Notes: a model not told the origin generated them from the letters alone. Counted from the stretch's first letter, positions 38,772-52,130 are shown. The stretch: DNA of 64,000 bases from Amoebidium appalachense (GCA_963693365.1 CAVNZM010000003.1:13484414-13548413), one strand, 5' to 3'. A program made the numbers and translations.

Positions 38772-39360
38772 ACGCACACAGACACAGACACAGACCAGAC
38801 AGACAAACGCCACATGCACAAAAGCAGGCAACACAAAACTAACCTTCAAACGGCCTTTCAGCCGTTAGGCGAAGAAGCTGCAGCATGCAGCATGGTCGAA
38901 ACCATTCAGCACGGTGGCTGCGCGACCTGCGGAGGGCAAAAAAAGAGTCGACAGAACCAACCTCAAACATAGTAAGGACGGAAACCCGGACCAGAACTTA
39001 TGAAGTCTAGAGAAGCAGAAAATAGCTTGAACGACTGGGGGAGGGGATGATAGCTATAGTGCTAGCAGCAAAAGTAGTGCCCACAGTCGCTGGTTCATGA
39101 ACGTGAAAAGGCAACGTGCATCTGCAGCCAGCAGGCACACGCACACGCACGCACACACATACACACACACGCACACAGACACAGACACAGACACAGACAT
39201 ATTCACAGGCACGGACACAGACCAGACAGACAAACGCCACATGCACAAAAGCAGGCAACACAAAACTAACCTTCAAACGGCCTTTCAGCCGTTAGGCGAC
39301 GAAGCTGCAGCATGCAGCATGGTCGAAACCATTCAGCACGGTGGCTGCGCGACCTGCGGA
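38534..39360. repeat. Tandem duplication of a ~400-bp unit
   Basis: GGCAAAAAAAGAGTCGACAGAAC begins at about 38534 and 38935; each unit ends GACCTGCGGA. Confidence 0.9.
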
Positions 39361-39470
39361 TGGGACCTGTGACCAGGCGACCTGCGGGAAGGGAACTGCG
39401 ACCAGGCGACCTGCGGGAAGGGACCTGCGACCAGGCGACCTGCGGGAAAGCACCTGCGGACCTGCGGGAA
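39351..39470. repeat. 29-bp minisatellite, about 3.5 copies
   Basis: GACCAGGCGACCTGCGGGAAGGGA(A/C)CTGC at 39371, 39400 and 39429. Confidence 0.88.
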
Positions 39471-40089
39471 GGGGGAAGAGAAATGGAGCAAACAACGTGC
39501 GTACAGGCTTAAACGGACAAAAAATTGCAAACCGGATTGGGTTTAGCCAATCACTATTTGCTATCAGAAGCGGATTCCCACGGTGTACATAATGTGATTG
39601 GATCGATTCTCGGCGGATCGGTGAGGTTGGCGATATGGTGGACATATTTCGGACACCGTTGCCATACGTTCCGACGGAGCTTAAGTTATAACGTTAACGC
39701 TGTTTACTCGAGGCCTATCCCCGCTTTACGTAGAAAGGTCATGTGTGGGGGAAGATGTGAACACCCAGACGTGTATGTACACCCGGGCAGGCCTGTGTAC
39801 TCGTTGTTATGTTAATAGTTGGTTGATGGAGTACATCTTCAACGCGACGTATACACGCGTGCGTGCGATTCAGGAAGGGGTCCCCATATGGCTCTCGTAT
39901 TATTTATATTCGTGTGATATATATATTCTATGTACTATCTATTACCAATATACGTTACGTATTGGTACAATATCACCAATACTAATTAAATATCGTCACG
40001 CGTGATGGTGAAGGCATCCATGTAGCTCTGCAGCAGTGTGTGTGTGTGTGTGGTGCGTGTGTGTGTGGTGTGGAGAGGCGGCCTGGGGT

Positions 40090-40120
<31 letters not shown>

Positions 40121-40129
40121 GGGCCCAGT

Positions 40130-40168
<39 letters not shown>

Positions 40169-40582
40169 TAGGCAAATACCAGACAGTGATGCATAATTGC
40201 ACATTCTTTTGCAGCTACAGTTTGACGATATTTACCCACCGTGTGCACCACACATGTGACCCCAGTCTTCCGAGGTGGTGTCACAGGTGGGCGCCAACAC
40301 CAATAAATTGACTGGTGACGGGTGTACAACCAAAGAAACTCAGCAGCACATATAATAACGTTGATGCTATACCCTGCCTAGTTAACGTAATAATAAGTGC
40401 ACCATCGCACGCGTGACCCCCTCCCCCCCCCCCCCCCCCCCCCCCCCCCGTGTTTTTGCCGCGCGGTACCCCTGATATTGTAGATGTACACTGCCCCCAC
40501 AACCCCAACTGTGTGCTGAATATCTCGTGCTAGGAAACCAATAACGCGAAACTAACACATGCCGCATGATATATGATATATA

Positions 40583-42230
40583 TGGTACAAGGGGGGTTTC
40601 AATCCGGGCTATAATGATGTGTTTTTTTCGTGTGACCCTCGTACTCCAGAGGCACATTCACCATCCCCCCCATAAACTTTGTGGTAAATTTCTCGTGCTA
40701 GAAGCTGTTCTGTGGGTAGTTATTGAAAAAACCAATAATGTCTAGGTAACACATGTACATATACTATGCTACAAGGGGGGTTCTATACGAGCTACAACGT
40801 TGTGTTTTTTTCGTGTGACCTTCGTACTCCAGGGGCACATTCACCATCCCCCCAATAAACGTTTTGGTATATTTCTCGTGCTAGAGGCTGCTCTGTGGGT
40901 AGTTATTGAAAAACCCAATAATGTCTAGGTAACACATGGACATATACTATGCTACAAGGGGGGTTCTATACGAGCTACAACGTTGTGTTTTTTTCGTGTG
41001 ACCCTCGTACTCCAATGGCACATTCACCATCCCCCCCATAAACTGTGTGGTAAATTTCTCGTGCTAGAAGCTGTTCTGTGGGTAGTTATCGAAAAAACCA
41101 ATAATGTCTAGGTAACACATGTACATATACTATGCTACAAGGGGGGTTCTATACGAGCTACAACGTTGTGTTTTTTTCGTGTGACCCTCGTACTCCAGGG
41201 GCACATTCACCATCCCCCCCATAAACTTTGTGGTAAATGTCTCGTGCTAGAAGCTGTTCTGTTGGTAGTTATTGAAAAAACCAATAATGAGTAAGTAACA
41301 CATGTACATATACTGTGCTACAAGGGGGGTTCTATACGAGCTACAACGTTGTGGTTTTTTCGTGTGCCACTCGTACTCCAGGGGCACATTCACCATCACC
41401 CCCATAAACTTTGTGGTAAATTTCTCGTGCTAGAAGCTGTTCTGTGGGTAGTTATCGAAAAAACCAATAATGTCTAGGTAACACATGGACATATACTATG
41501 CTACAAGGGGGGTTCTATACGAGCTACAACGTTGTGTTTTTTTCGTGTGACCCTCGTACTCCAATGGCACATTCACCATCCCCCCCATAAACTGTGTGGT
41601 AAAGTTCTCGTGCTAGAAGCTGTTCTGTGGGTAGTTATCGAAAAAACCAATAATGTCTAGGTAACACATGTACATATACTATGCTACAAGGGGGGTTCTA
41701 TACGAGCTACAACGTTGTGTTTTTTTCGTGTGACCCTCGTACTCCAGGGGCACATTCACCATCCCCCCCATAAACGTTGTGGTAAATGTCTCGTGCTAGA
41801 AGCTGTTCTGTTGGTAGTTATTGAAAAAACCAATAATGAGTAAGTAACACATGTACACATATTATGCTACAAGGGGGGTTCTATTCGAGCTACAACGTTG
41901 TGTTTTTTTCGTGTGACCCTCGTACTCCAGGGGCACATTCACCATCCCCCCCATAAACTTTGTGGTAAATGTCTCGTGCTAGAAGCTGTTCTGTGGGTAG
42001 GTATTGAAAAAACCAATAATGTCTAGGTAACACATGTACATATACTGTGCTACAAGGGGGGTTCTATACGAGCTACAACGTTGTGGTTTTTTCGTGTGCC
42101 CCTCGTACTCCAGGGGCACATTCACCATCACCCCCATAAACTTTGTGGTAAATTTCTCGTGCTAGAAGCTGTTCTGTGGGTAGTTATCGAAAAAACCAAT
42201 AATGTCTAGGTAACACATGTACATATACTA
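40583..42230. repeat. 183-bp satellite array, about 9 units
   Basis: GCTACAAGGGGGG at 40768, 40951, 41134, 41317, 41500, 41683, 41866 and 42049. Confidence 0.97.
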
Positions 42231-42425
42231 GGGGTTTACGCTGTTTACTCGAGGCAAAGAGAACCAGTCTCAGGTATGGGGGGGGGGGGTTTGCTCGGAA
42301 TATCCCCTCAGCGGTATATCATGATCACGTACATAGATGTCGGGTGGTGACTATATATCAGGGTTTACTTTCTCTACGAGACACCATAAAGACTACAAGG
42401 AGAAATCAATTAGTTGGGGTTCCCC

Positions 42426-42458
<33 letters not shown>

Positions 42459-42609
42459 TTTTTATTTTTTTATTTTTTTTTATTTTTATTTTTTTATTTT
42501 TTTATTTTTTTTTTTTATTTTTTTTTTTTTTTTTTTTTTTTTTTTATTTTTTTTTTTTTTTTTTTTTAAAGGAAAGGGGCTCCCCCTCGGGACACTCGGT
42601 ATCAGCTGG

Positions 42610-42674
<65 letters not shown>

Positions 42675-42678
42675 TGCG

Positions 42679-45600
42679 CTATAATTTTGTAGTGATGTGT
42701 TTCTCAAGCCAATCAATACATCTAATAAACAGGTCGTAGTTACGCGTGTTTAGTATAAAATCAAGGATGTTGTAATTTACAGGTAGGCTATCTTTCTGGG
42801 TGTCTTTTGTGAATGTGACGTGTGTGTGTTGCGGTATTATGTGGTCTATCAAACTACATTTGGCGATACATGACCGGTTAAACTGGTGTGTGTGTGTGTT
42901 GTTTGGGCATGCAAATGATGCCACCTTATACTTATTAGATCTCCACTGTATAGCACGTGTACAGTAAAAGCGTGGTAATTGATCAATAATACCATCAGCT
43001 AGAGAAAGACCAGTTCTACAGGAAGGTAATATGTATTTAGGTGTTATACACTTGCGAGTGCCATATTTGGCAATATGGTTGAGGCGGTCAGTATATATAA
43101 AACGAGACATAAGGCTTAGTTTTTCAAGGTGTATGCTTTCATCGGGTCTAGTGTCGTGTGGTATCTTTTTCCATTTGTTATATTGCGTGATTATCTTGTG
43201 ATTGTGTACATGTTTAATAAGTAAGTGGCAGTCCAAAGTCACACACACACTATTGCGGGGTTTATTTGTATTTGTGCCCAGGGGAGAAGGGGAGAGAGAG
43301 GGGAGGAAAGAGGGGAGAGGTGAGGAGGGGACAGGTCGGATAGAGAAGAGAGGGTGGGAGGGCAAATACTTCTTTAAGCGGCTTATGTGCTTATTGAATT
43401 TCAGCGCGAGATAGGATACTCTAGCAGCTATTGGGACCAGACCATATTATATCGAGAGCGTTACAGGCCCAGGTTTACAACAGTTGTTAGATAGAAAGGA
43501 GGCAACTTCTGCTTCAAGGAAATTTGCCAAGGGTTTAAGCGCTCTAGTTCTCTCTTTCTTGATCCAAGCGGCGAGAAGGGGTAAACCATATTCACATGCC
43601 GGGAAGACAAAAGTGCGAATAAATGTAAGTCTAATAGAAGGATGGAGGGGTGTGTCTTTAAAAATATTAGCCGAGAAGAAAGCTAACCGCTTACGAGCCA
43701 ACTCTACCCTCTTTTCGACCATATGGGGAAACATAACACCAACAGAATCAACCGGAACACCAAGATATTTGTATTCTGGAACTATAGGTACAGGTTTAGA
43801 TGATAATGTAAATGTGTGTAAATTGTTAGCTATATCAGGTACAAGAACACCACATTTGTCTATGTTAAGGATCATAAGGTTTGCCTTGCACCACTCTGAC
43901 ACTACATCGAACAATCTTTGCAGGCGTCTAGGGGTACGGGCAAGGAGGGACAGATCATCAGCATAGAGAAGTGCAGGCGGAAAGTTATTAATAGGGTCAT
44001 CGTTTTCGGCGTAAATCTTGACAGCCAAATCATCTATAAATAGGTTAAACAAAAAGGGGCTAAGCAATGAACCCTGCAAGAGACCTCTAGTACGAGCAAA
44101 ACCATATGAAAGATGCCCATTAACCACAGCTCTACCATAGGTTTGAGACAAGAGTGCTTCTAACAGAACACCAATGCAGTGTGGTACACCCCGTGCAGCA
44201 AGCTTTTCCCATAGGAGACCAGGGGAGACAGAATCGTAAGCAGTTTTCCAATCAATAAAGCCAACATATTGTGCACCAACTTGCATAGAATCGTGCAGTG
44301 CCATTATTTGAACATAACATGAATTGTTTTTACGAAAAGCGGATTGGCATGGGTGTATGTGAAGAATAGATTGAAACCTAGGGTGATGTGCAAATAACCT
44401 AAGTAAGCAAGCTTCAAAGAATCTACGAACAACCTGGGTTAGTGTAATGGGGCGAAAGGATGATATGGGGCCCTCAGAGTCCTTCTTAACTATGGGGATC
44501 ACTAAGGTATCTAACCAAGATGACGGGACATGTCCACATTTAACACACCAAGAAAAGAGAGAGCTTAACATGATAGTAAGATCAGGTTTAATAGCACGAT
44601 CACTTTCCTTTTGTGGGTAGGAGGGAACAAGGATTTTAAGAAACCCAGCAGGGAGTCCATCAGGTCCACAAGACTTACTAGAGCTATAACTAGATATCAC
44701 AGACCATATGGCATCGGGACTGAAAAAGGGGAGGATCGATTCTATGGGGATAGATGGGTCTACAGGCCACACAATGGGTTTCTGAGCGGGGGTCCTATCT
44801 TTAAACAGTTCCGAGAAATACTTATCAGAGTCTATGAGGGGGTCTCCAGTGGTATCACCAATAATACGAGCAGGGGGGCCAAATCGATTCATACTAGCAA
44901 GCCGGCGCAAGCTTTCCTTTTGAGACAGGGGTTCACCTAGTCTAGCGGGAGTGGTGTTTGGTAACAAGAGAGCATCGGGGTATTCCTTCCTACCACCGCC
45001 AGCATAATCACCGAGATCTATCAAATCATCAACAATAAAGTTAGTGCATGTATCTAGTACGAGATGTGAATCTGGCCTGGCTTGTGCAGATTCTAATAGG
45101 CGCATATATATAGGGTGTTTCGTAGCATAGCATACACATACATCAACTCTACCCCACTGTGACTTAAGCTGGGATAGACGGAGGCGAAAGGTGGGAGGGG
45201 GAGGGGGGAGCAGATCAAGGGAGATCTTAGGTAGGAAAAGGATAGGAGAGTGGTCAGATGACCTAGAGAGGTTAGGAGGGAGAGAGAGTTTTGACATGGT
45301 TGATGGCCAAAAGGCCACTCCCCAGTCGGTGTTGTGGGCATGGGATATTTGAGGGAACCGCAAAGTGTGACTTTGGACATACCTTGCTAAAGGGATAGCA
45401 CGCTCCGGGGGCTTAGATGGGTACCCGACACTCACTTGCAGTGTGTCTGTGTGGTGGAGTCGCGTGTTAAAATCACCTAAAATAACAGTGGACATTGGTA
45501 ACTGTGACAACTCGTGAGTCAATTCGACAACCGACATAGATGGTGGGTAATATACAAAAGTAAAAACATTAGAAAGAAACTCTATAGAAACCGAGAATTC

Positions 45601-45876
45601 CGTTTTTGCTACCGGTTTGCACTTCACTCTCACGTGTGGTGCGGCAAGTACAATAATGCCTCGGTTTTTCGCGTAACCGGGGTGTGTGGATGTGTCGACC
45701 AATGTAGAGTTGAATTTGTGGTGGTTTTTAAACTGTGTTTCGCAAATCACTGTAAACGTGTGGTTGTTTGTCTGTTGTTGTATGTAGCTGATTTTATCGT
45801 CGAGTGTCCCGGGGGGGAGGCCCTTTTGGGGGCCCAGTGTCCGAGCATTCCAGAAGAAGAAGGATAAATTAGGCAT
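42679..45876 (-). pseudogene. LINE ORF2: AP endonuclease, RT and Cys/His C-terminus (in-frame stop at 43447)
   Basis: FWNART, CETQ, LGDFN, SDHSP; GPDG, FRPITL, QGSLLSP, YADD, YKYLG; the stop is a 3-nt insertion absent from the 24388 copy. Confidence 0.95.
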
Positions 45877-46745
45877 CGGTTTGGTCCGACACCTGTGGGG
45901 TTGGTTCCCACTTGTCGCTTACGGGGTCGTATGCACGACCTTCCGCCAGCGCGAACAGTTCGCAGAAGAGCTCGATTTCCATCTCGCATCGGCGTTTGCG
46001 CTCGAGCAGTTTCTCACCAGAAAACATTGGTTCCTTCGTGTCCGTGTCTATCACGCTCGTAGCATCGTTTTCCAACTTTGCGAGGAACTCTTTTGCCTTG
46101 CTGATGCGTACACGACAACGTGTGGCGCACGCATTCTTAGCAGACACTTTACGTTCTTTGTCTGCTTTCTGAATGTTTTCCGGCGCGCATGGGTCGTAGC
46201 TTGGGAGGTGGGTGAAGAAGCTTCCACACCCCTTTGTCGTGTCTCGGATGAACGCACGGTTATAGTCGCCCCGTACTGCTACTTCCAGCACATCGTATCC
46301 AATGAAGGACAGACAAAGGATGCGAGAGCACCGGAAGCCGAGAGCCTTGAAGATGGACCACATGGCCCTGTGTGGGCGTCTGCCGTGCTTGACTTTGAAA
46401 TACACCCTCTCGTATTTGGGTGGGATGTTGATGTTACCGTTTGCTTGGGTGTTCCCCTTAGCCGGCGGTTTGGGAGGGGAGTTGCGGCGGTACTCGTTGC
46501 CTGCAAGAATGCTGGCATATGTTTCCTTGGCAATTTGGCGGAGCTCGGGTGTTTTACGAGAGTTCGCATATTCTAGGAACTCTGCCGGGAGCTGTGCTTC
46601 CGGTCCTGTGATGTTTTGTGTTGGGGTGGAAATGTCTCCGTCGCGAGATGTTTGCTCATGAGTTTTGGGGTTTTGCGATCCACTAATGTTTAGCTGGGCT
46701 GTGAGTGAATCAATGGTGAGCTTGAGTTGGGTATTTTCTGTTTGG
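45869..46745 (-). pseudogene. LINE ORF1 (5' end disrupted)
   Basis: Frame open from about 46745 (QTENTQLKLTIDSLTAQL) through the listed 178-aa ORF; overlaps the ORF2 start by 8 nt. Confidence 0.75.
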
Positions 46746-46880
46746 ACACACGACGTACACAGACATGCTCACACACACAAACACACAACACACACACACA
46801 CACATACAGAGAGACACACACACATATGCACACACACGGTGCATTTCCTCCCCTCCCCTTCAAAAACAACGTTGTAGCTC
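46746..46880 (-). repeat. 135-bp inverted copy of 47636-47770
   Basis: Reverse-complement match to the satellite/flank junction. Confidence 0.92.
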
Positions 46881-46985
46881 CATGACATGGATGGGGGTGT
46901 TCCCCGGCCCTTAGGGCCACGGATGGCCTGGTTTAGGGGTGGATGCGCGAAGGATACTATTTATTAGCAGATAATAAAAAGCGAC

Positions 46986-47064
46986 ATTTGAATCGATGTG
47001 TGCGACTGAATCGATGTGTGTGCGACTGAATCGATGTGTGTGCGACTGAATCGATGTGTGTGCG
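46986..47064. repeat. 20-bp tandem repeat at the LINE 5' end
   Basis: (ACTGAATCGATGTGTGTGCG), about 3.5 copies. Confidence 0.9.
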
Positions 47065-47650
47065 TGCTACAAGGGGGGTTCTATTCGAGCTACAACGTTG
47101 TGTTTTTTTCGTGTGACCCTCGTACTCCAGGGGCACATTCACCATTCCCCAATAAACGTTTGGTTATATTTCTCGTGCTAGAGGCTGTTCTGTGGGTAGT
47201 TATTGAAAAACCCAAAAATGTCTAGGTAACACATGGACATATACTATGCTACAAGGGGGGTTCTATACGAGCTACAACGTTGTGTTTTTTTCGTGTGACC
47301 CTCGTACTCCAAGGGCACATTCACCATCCCCCCCCATAAACTGTGTTGTAAATGTCTCGTGCTAGAAGCTGTTCTGTGGGTAGTTATCGAAAAAACCAAT
47401 AATGTGTAAGTAACACATGTACATATATTATGCTACAAGGGGGGTTCTATTCGAGCTACAACGTTGTGTTTTTTTTGTGTGACCCTCGTACTCCAGGGGC
47501 ACATTCACCATCCCCCCCATAAACTGTGTGGTAAATGTCTCGTGCTAGAAGCTGTTCTGTGGGTAGTTATTGAAAAAACCAATAATGTGTAAGTAACACA
47601 TGTACATATATTATGCTACAAGGGGGGTTCTATTCGAGCTACAACGTTGT
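47065..47650. repeat. 183-bp satellite, continuation (about 3 units)
   Basis: Same unit, resuming in register after the LINE. Confidence 0.95.
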
Positions 47651-47775
47651 TTTTGAAGGGGAGGGGAGGAAATGCACCGTGTGTGTGCATATGTGTGTGT
47701 GTCTCTCTGTATGTGTGTGTGTGTGTGTTGTGTGTTTGTGTGTGTGAGCATGTCTGTGTACGTCGTGTGTGTGTG

Positions 47776-47846
<71 letters not shown>

Positions 47847-47985
47847 GGTGTGTGTGTGTGTCCCGGTGTGCATGTGCGTGCGTGTGTGTGAGTGCATGTT
47901 TTTGGAGTGCATGTTTTTGCATTGTGTGCGAGCATGTGGATGCCTTGGTGAGAACAAGATTGGACGGTGTCGAATGCTGTGTGTG

Positions 47986-48022
<37 letters not shown>

Positions 48023-48194
48023 CTGTGTGTTTTTTTGGGGGGAGAGGGGTAGTAGGAGGACAAGAGGGGGGAGGGGGGGGGGGGGGGGTGGTAAAGAGTA
48101 CGAGAGAAAGGGGTAGAATTTCAGACATGTGGAGGCTTGAGCAAAAGCAGGTTAAGTCCATAATGGGTAAAACCGGCGCTGGAACGAGAGGGAA

Positions 48195-48240
<46 letters not shown>

Positions 48241-48769
48241 GATGATGTGTGCATTCGAGGGTGGCAGCCAAAGAAGCAAAGCATCGCAAAGGACATTGGA
48301 ATAGAGGGACACAGGACCAAAACAGGATCAATGGGAGAAGAGGGAAAAAAATTAATAGTTATCGGGGGAGGGATAAGAAGAAATACTGCAAGTAATCGAG
48401 GCGAACAGGTATGGGGGGAACCGGGCTGGAAGAAGGGGGGGGGGGGGGGGGGGGGGGGGGGAGTGAAGGACGAGAGGGTGGGTCACAAGGACAGAGATTA
48501 TTCAGTACAGACTAAGGCTTCAGCCGGGAAGGGAGGGGGGGGGGGAGGGGAGAGGAGGGGGTGGGGGGGGTCATAAAAGGACAAGGAAAGGCACCTGGTG
48601 ATTTCAGCAACCAGTCGAGGCTTGAACAAGAGTAGGTGAAGTTTGTAACGGTTAGCAAAACTGGTGCTAGAACGAGAGAGGAAACACACAGTGAAACGTA
48701 AAAGAGGGTAGAGAGTTGAGAGGAAGAAGGGGAAGTTTGTGTGTGTGCGTGTATGCATGGGTGGGTGGG

Positions 48770-48808
<39 letters not shown>

Positions 48809-51030
48809 TGTGTGTGTGTGAGTGGTTACACTGGCAGCGTCCGTGGTGATGGGTTTGGGGGGGAAGGGGGTGAGGGGAGTGAGGGATGTTTCGAAGAAAG
48901 AAAAGTATTGCAAGTAACAAGGGGGCATAAAGACATAGGACTAAAACAAAATGGAGGGGGAGGAGGGGGGGATGCTGTAAACTTTGATGCGTCTCGGGGA
49001 CGTGTGTAGGGACTGCGAGTTCTCTTAGATTTGCATTTCAGAATTTTTACTCTATTCCTCCAGGTTTTTTTTATATTTTTTTTAGGGTTGGGTTGGGGGG
49101 GGGGGGGGGGGGGGGTTGTCATTACTTTCCTGTATTATCCTTTATGCTACTTCAAGTTTTATACCCTACAGCTTACACAGGATGTAGGCTGGTGAAAGGT
49201 TTAATGGTAGGACGTTCGGTGACGTTTGTACCACGGACCACGGGAACATCTTCCCCAGGAACAGGATTCAAAACAAAGAACTTTTATATTTTGAGGTGCT
49301 AAAAACGTGAGGACCACTTGTTATGGCCGTTGCCCTTCTCAATCTTGGTACGGAAATGCACCCATAATATACTGCAAACGTATTGTATATGACGTGTGTA
49401 TATCGTACAGGTACTGGTAGTATATTGATAGTACCTCCTACGTAATGATTTGTTCGCATTCGAACATACTGGCAGTATATACTGAGACTATAACCAATAT
49501 ATGGTGTCCTTAGCTGTGTCCGTATTGGTGACAGTATTATAGATGTATTCGTGACATTGCCAATACCACTTGTGCCTTAGATATTCGCAATAGGATAAAA
49601 GTTTTCTTGCTATATCATATTTATGTTCTACTAATATGGATGTGATATGGGTAGGATATGATCTACATAATGTCAGTATATGTCCACCCTAATACAAGGA
49701 CTACACTCCGAAAATGTTTGTTGAACATGTGTTGGCAATACATTCACAATATTGCGACTACATAGGTAAAGTGACCTGATCTTTCATCCCCAATATTTTA
49801 CCGATATTATTGGCAATAAAATACACGCACCATATTTTCGGTTGCTTTTACCTATTGATAATAGGTGCATAATAGTCTTGATATTGTGACGGATACATTG
49901 GCAATACATTTCGACCGAATTGAGATCCTATTATAATCATATTATAACCCTATAACCAATAGCGACATTATGTTTGTATCGGCCATATGGGACATATGGG
50001 TTGGGTATATTGCCAATATCCCAAAATGGTCAGAAAAATACATTCATAATATATTGGCAATAGTCTTGCCACGTTGGACAATACCCTAATTTGACACAAA
50101 ATTGTCCTACATTTTATATATTCATAACGTATTGACAATACTCCGCAAGCAATAGTATAATACCGAATAAGTACATTGACAATATCGAAATTGTATTGTT
50201 AATAGGCACACGTACACGCATTTTGGGATATTGCCAGTACATTACTCATACGGTATATAGTTATTGGTGGTAGACCTGACATGGTATGACAATAATATAA
50301 AAATATTATGCCGATATTACGTCAATATTACAGTTCTATTACATCTATGAAAAACTACTTCGGGACGTGTGTTGCCTCTAGGGGGACATCCCCTTGGACG
50401 AAAGTGAACCTGCAATGGTTGTAAACCACGGCAAGCCCCCAGTCATCAATTTATTGATCCGTGAGGTCCATGTGCCCAAAAAACGGGGGAAGTCTTCGCC
50501 CCGTGAAAAAACAGCACGTATGTGTGGATCAATGGGGGTTGTGTGTGGGTGTAGGTGGGTGGGTGAAAAGGAATATATAGCTGTAAGGCTGTGGATGCTA
50601 AACACAGAAGATGTGTTTGTAGCTTGCTGATCTGCCAAAAACTGTCGTGCTTATATACCTAAGCCTACCGATCTGAGCCAATCAAAAATCGATCTAGTGA
50701 TATGTGAAATCTGATCCGAGCCAATCATAACTCGGTCTAGTGATCTGTGGTATCTGATGTTTTGACTGGCTAATAAGTGCCCGTGTGCGGGCAGCCAACC
50801 GCTAACTGCTAAAACACGAAATGAAGCCTACATGGTTATGTTGGTATCGAACACCCATCCTACGTGTTTACCCAGAAAAATATTTATGTCAATAATTTCC
50901 ACAAATAAAACCTCTATGAAAAACTACTTCGGGACGTGTGTTGCCTCTAGGGGGACATCCCCTTGGACGAAAGTGAACCTGCAATGGTTGTAAACCACGG
51001 CACAAGAGCAGTATGCTTGCTCCAAAGGTT

Positions 51031-52062
51031 TCACTTAAGAATAGAGGCGAATACACGTGTGGTGGTGGCAGCAATGGAGGCCGGACGAAGTCGGGTATAG
51101 ATCAGGAAGCAGTCGGAGGACCACCGGCCGAGTTGTTTGATCCGGGAGTCGTCGACCCCGGCCTCAGCCAGTGCTGTGGCCCCCCCGATGCGGAGGCTGT
51201 GTCCGGCAAACCGGGAGGGTGAGAGGCCTGCCCGGGAGAGGAGGGCACGGAAATCGGCAGAGAAAGCACTCTTGGTGTAGGGGATGCCACCGAGACTGAA
51301 GAGGGGGTCGTCGGGTTGACCGGACGTTGTATCCAGGAACTGCCGGAGGAGATGGGCTGGGGAGAAGTGGGTGAGGGGCAGGGCAGCTAGGGTGACGTTG
51401 ACACCTCGGGCCTGTACATCCGTCTTAGAGGTTGGCAGGTGGAGGGTGGCATGGGACAAAGTACCGGTGGGGGTGTAGCTGAAGGTCACGTTCTTCCGTT
51501 TAACGTGACGGGACGGGTCGAAAGAAGTCAGGGTCTTGGAGGTAAATTCCCCTGAACGGAGGAGACCACAGAAACCGACGATGAGGGCCGTCCATAGCCG
51601 GAGATTGGCCGAGGAGGCCTTGGTGGGGCACTGGCCATGGAGTAGGCGGAGGTGGGAGGGGAGGAGGGGTTCCCTGGTGGATGAGCGGGGTCGGATGTTG
51701 TGAGAAAGCTGCCATCGGCCTACCCCCCGTAGGAACCAGGCCAGAGACTTGTCGTGGGGGTAGGGAGCAGGGAGGCCCATGTCGAGGTGGAGCCTGGTGA
51801 TGGCCGAATTGTAGCCGGTTAAGGAAGAGGCCTGTACCCCTCGTTGGGCACACCAGGCGAGAAAAAGTTGCACGGTGTGTGGGGAGGCCGGGAGGGAGGA
51901 CCCGGAGGAGGATTGCAGCCGAGATGCCACACAGAAATCGATGAACACTTTTTGCACCCGGGAGTAAAAGGCCCGAGAGTCGAGGTTGAGACTCAGGGCC
52001 TGGCATTCCTGCAGGGTAGTGGTGGCTCGAAGCAGCTCGGCCGGAGCAAAGTGGGGGGCCAA
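51031..52062 (-). CDS. Tyrosine recombinase
   Basis: R (GLLRSGE), K (TSKTD), HxxR (GHSLR), W (LGRW) and Y (IYTR) all present. Confidence 0.95.
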   Translation of the reverse strand: MAPHFAPAELLRATTTLQECQALSLNLDSRAFYSRVQKVFIDFCVASRLQSSSGSSLPASPHTVQLFLAWCAQRGVQASSLTGYNSAITRLHLDMGLPAPYPHDKSLAWFLRGVGRWQLSHNIRPRSSTREPLLPSHLRLLHGQCPTKASSANLRLWTALIVGFCGLLRSGEFTSKTLTSFDPSRHVKRKNVTFSYTPTGTLSHATLHLPTSKTDVQARGVNVTLAALPLTHFSPAHLLRQFLDTTSGQPDDPLFSLGGIPYTKSAFSADFRALLSRAGLSPSRFAGHSLRIGGATALAEAGVDDSRIKQLGRWSSDCFLIYTRLRPASIAATTTRVFASILK

Positions 52063-52096
52063 TCTGCCAGTGTTGCTCCGGAACGGGAGATCTGGG

Positions 52097-52127
<31 letters not shown>

Positions 52128-52130
<3 letters not shown>

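Larger units (their letters stand above)
42231..47064 (-). mobile_element. Near full-length APE-RT non-LTR retrotransposon (LINE)
   Basis: ORF1 and ORF2; inserted between CATATACTA and TGCTACAAG of the satellite with no TSD. Confidence 0.92.

Noticed and set aside
40583-42230. CRISPR array
   Set aside because: Whole units repeat with no unique spacers, no cas genes, eukaryotic context
47616-48576. Long ORFs on both strands
   Set aside because: Produced by (GT)n and poly(G) low-complexity sequence
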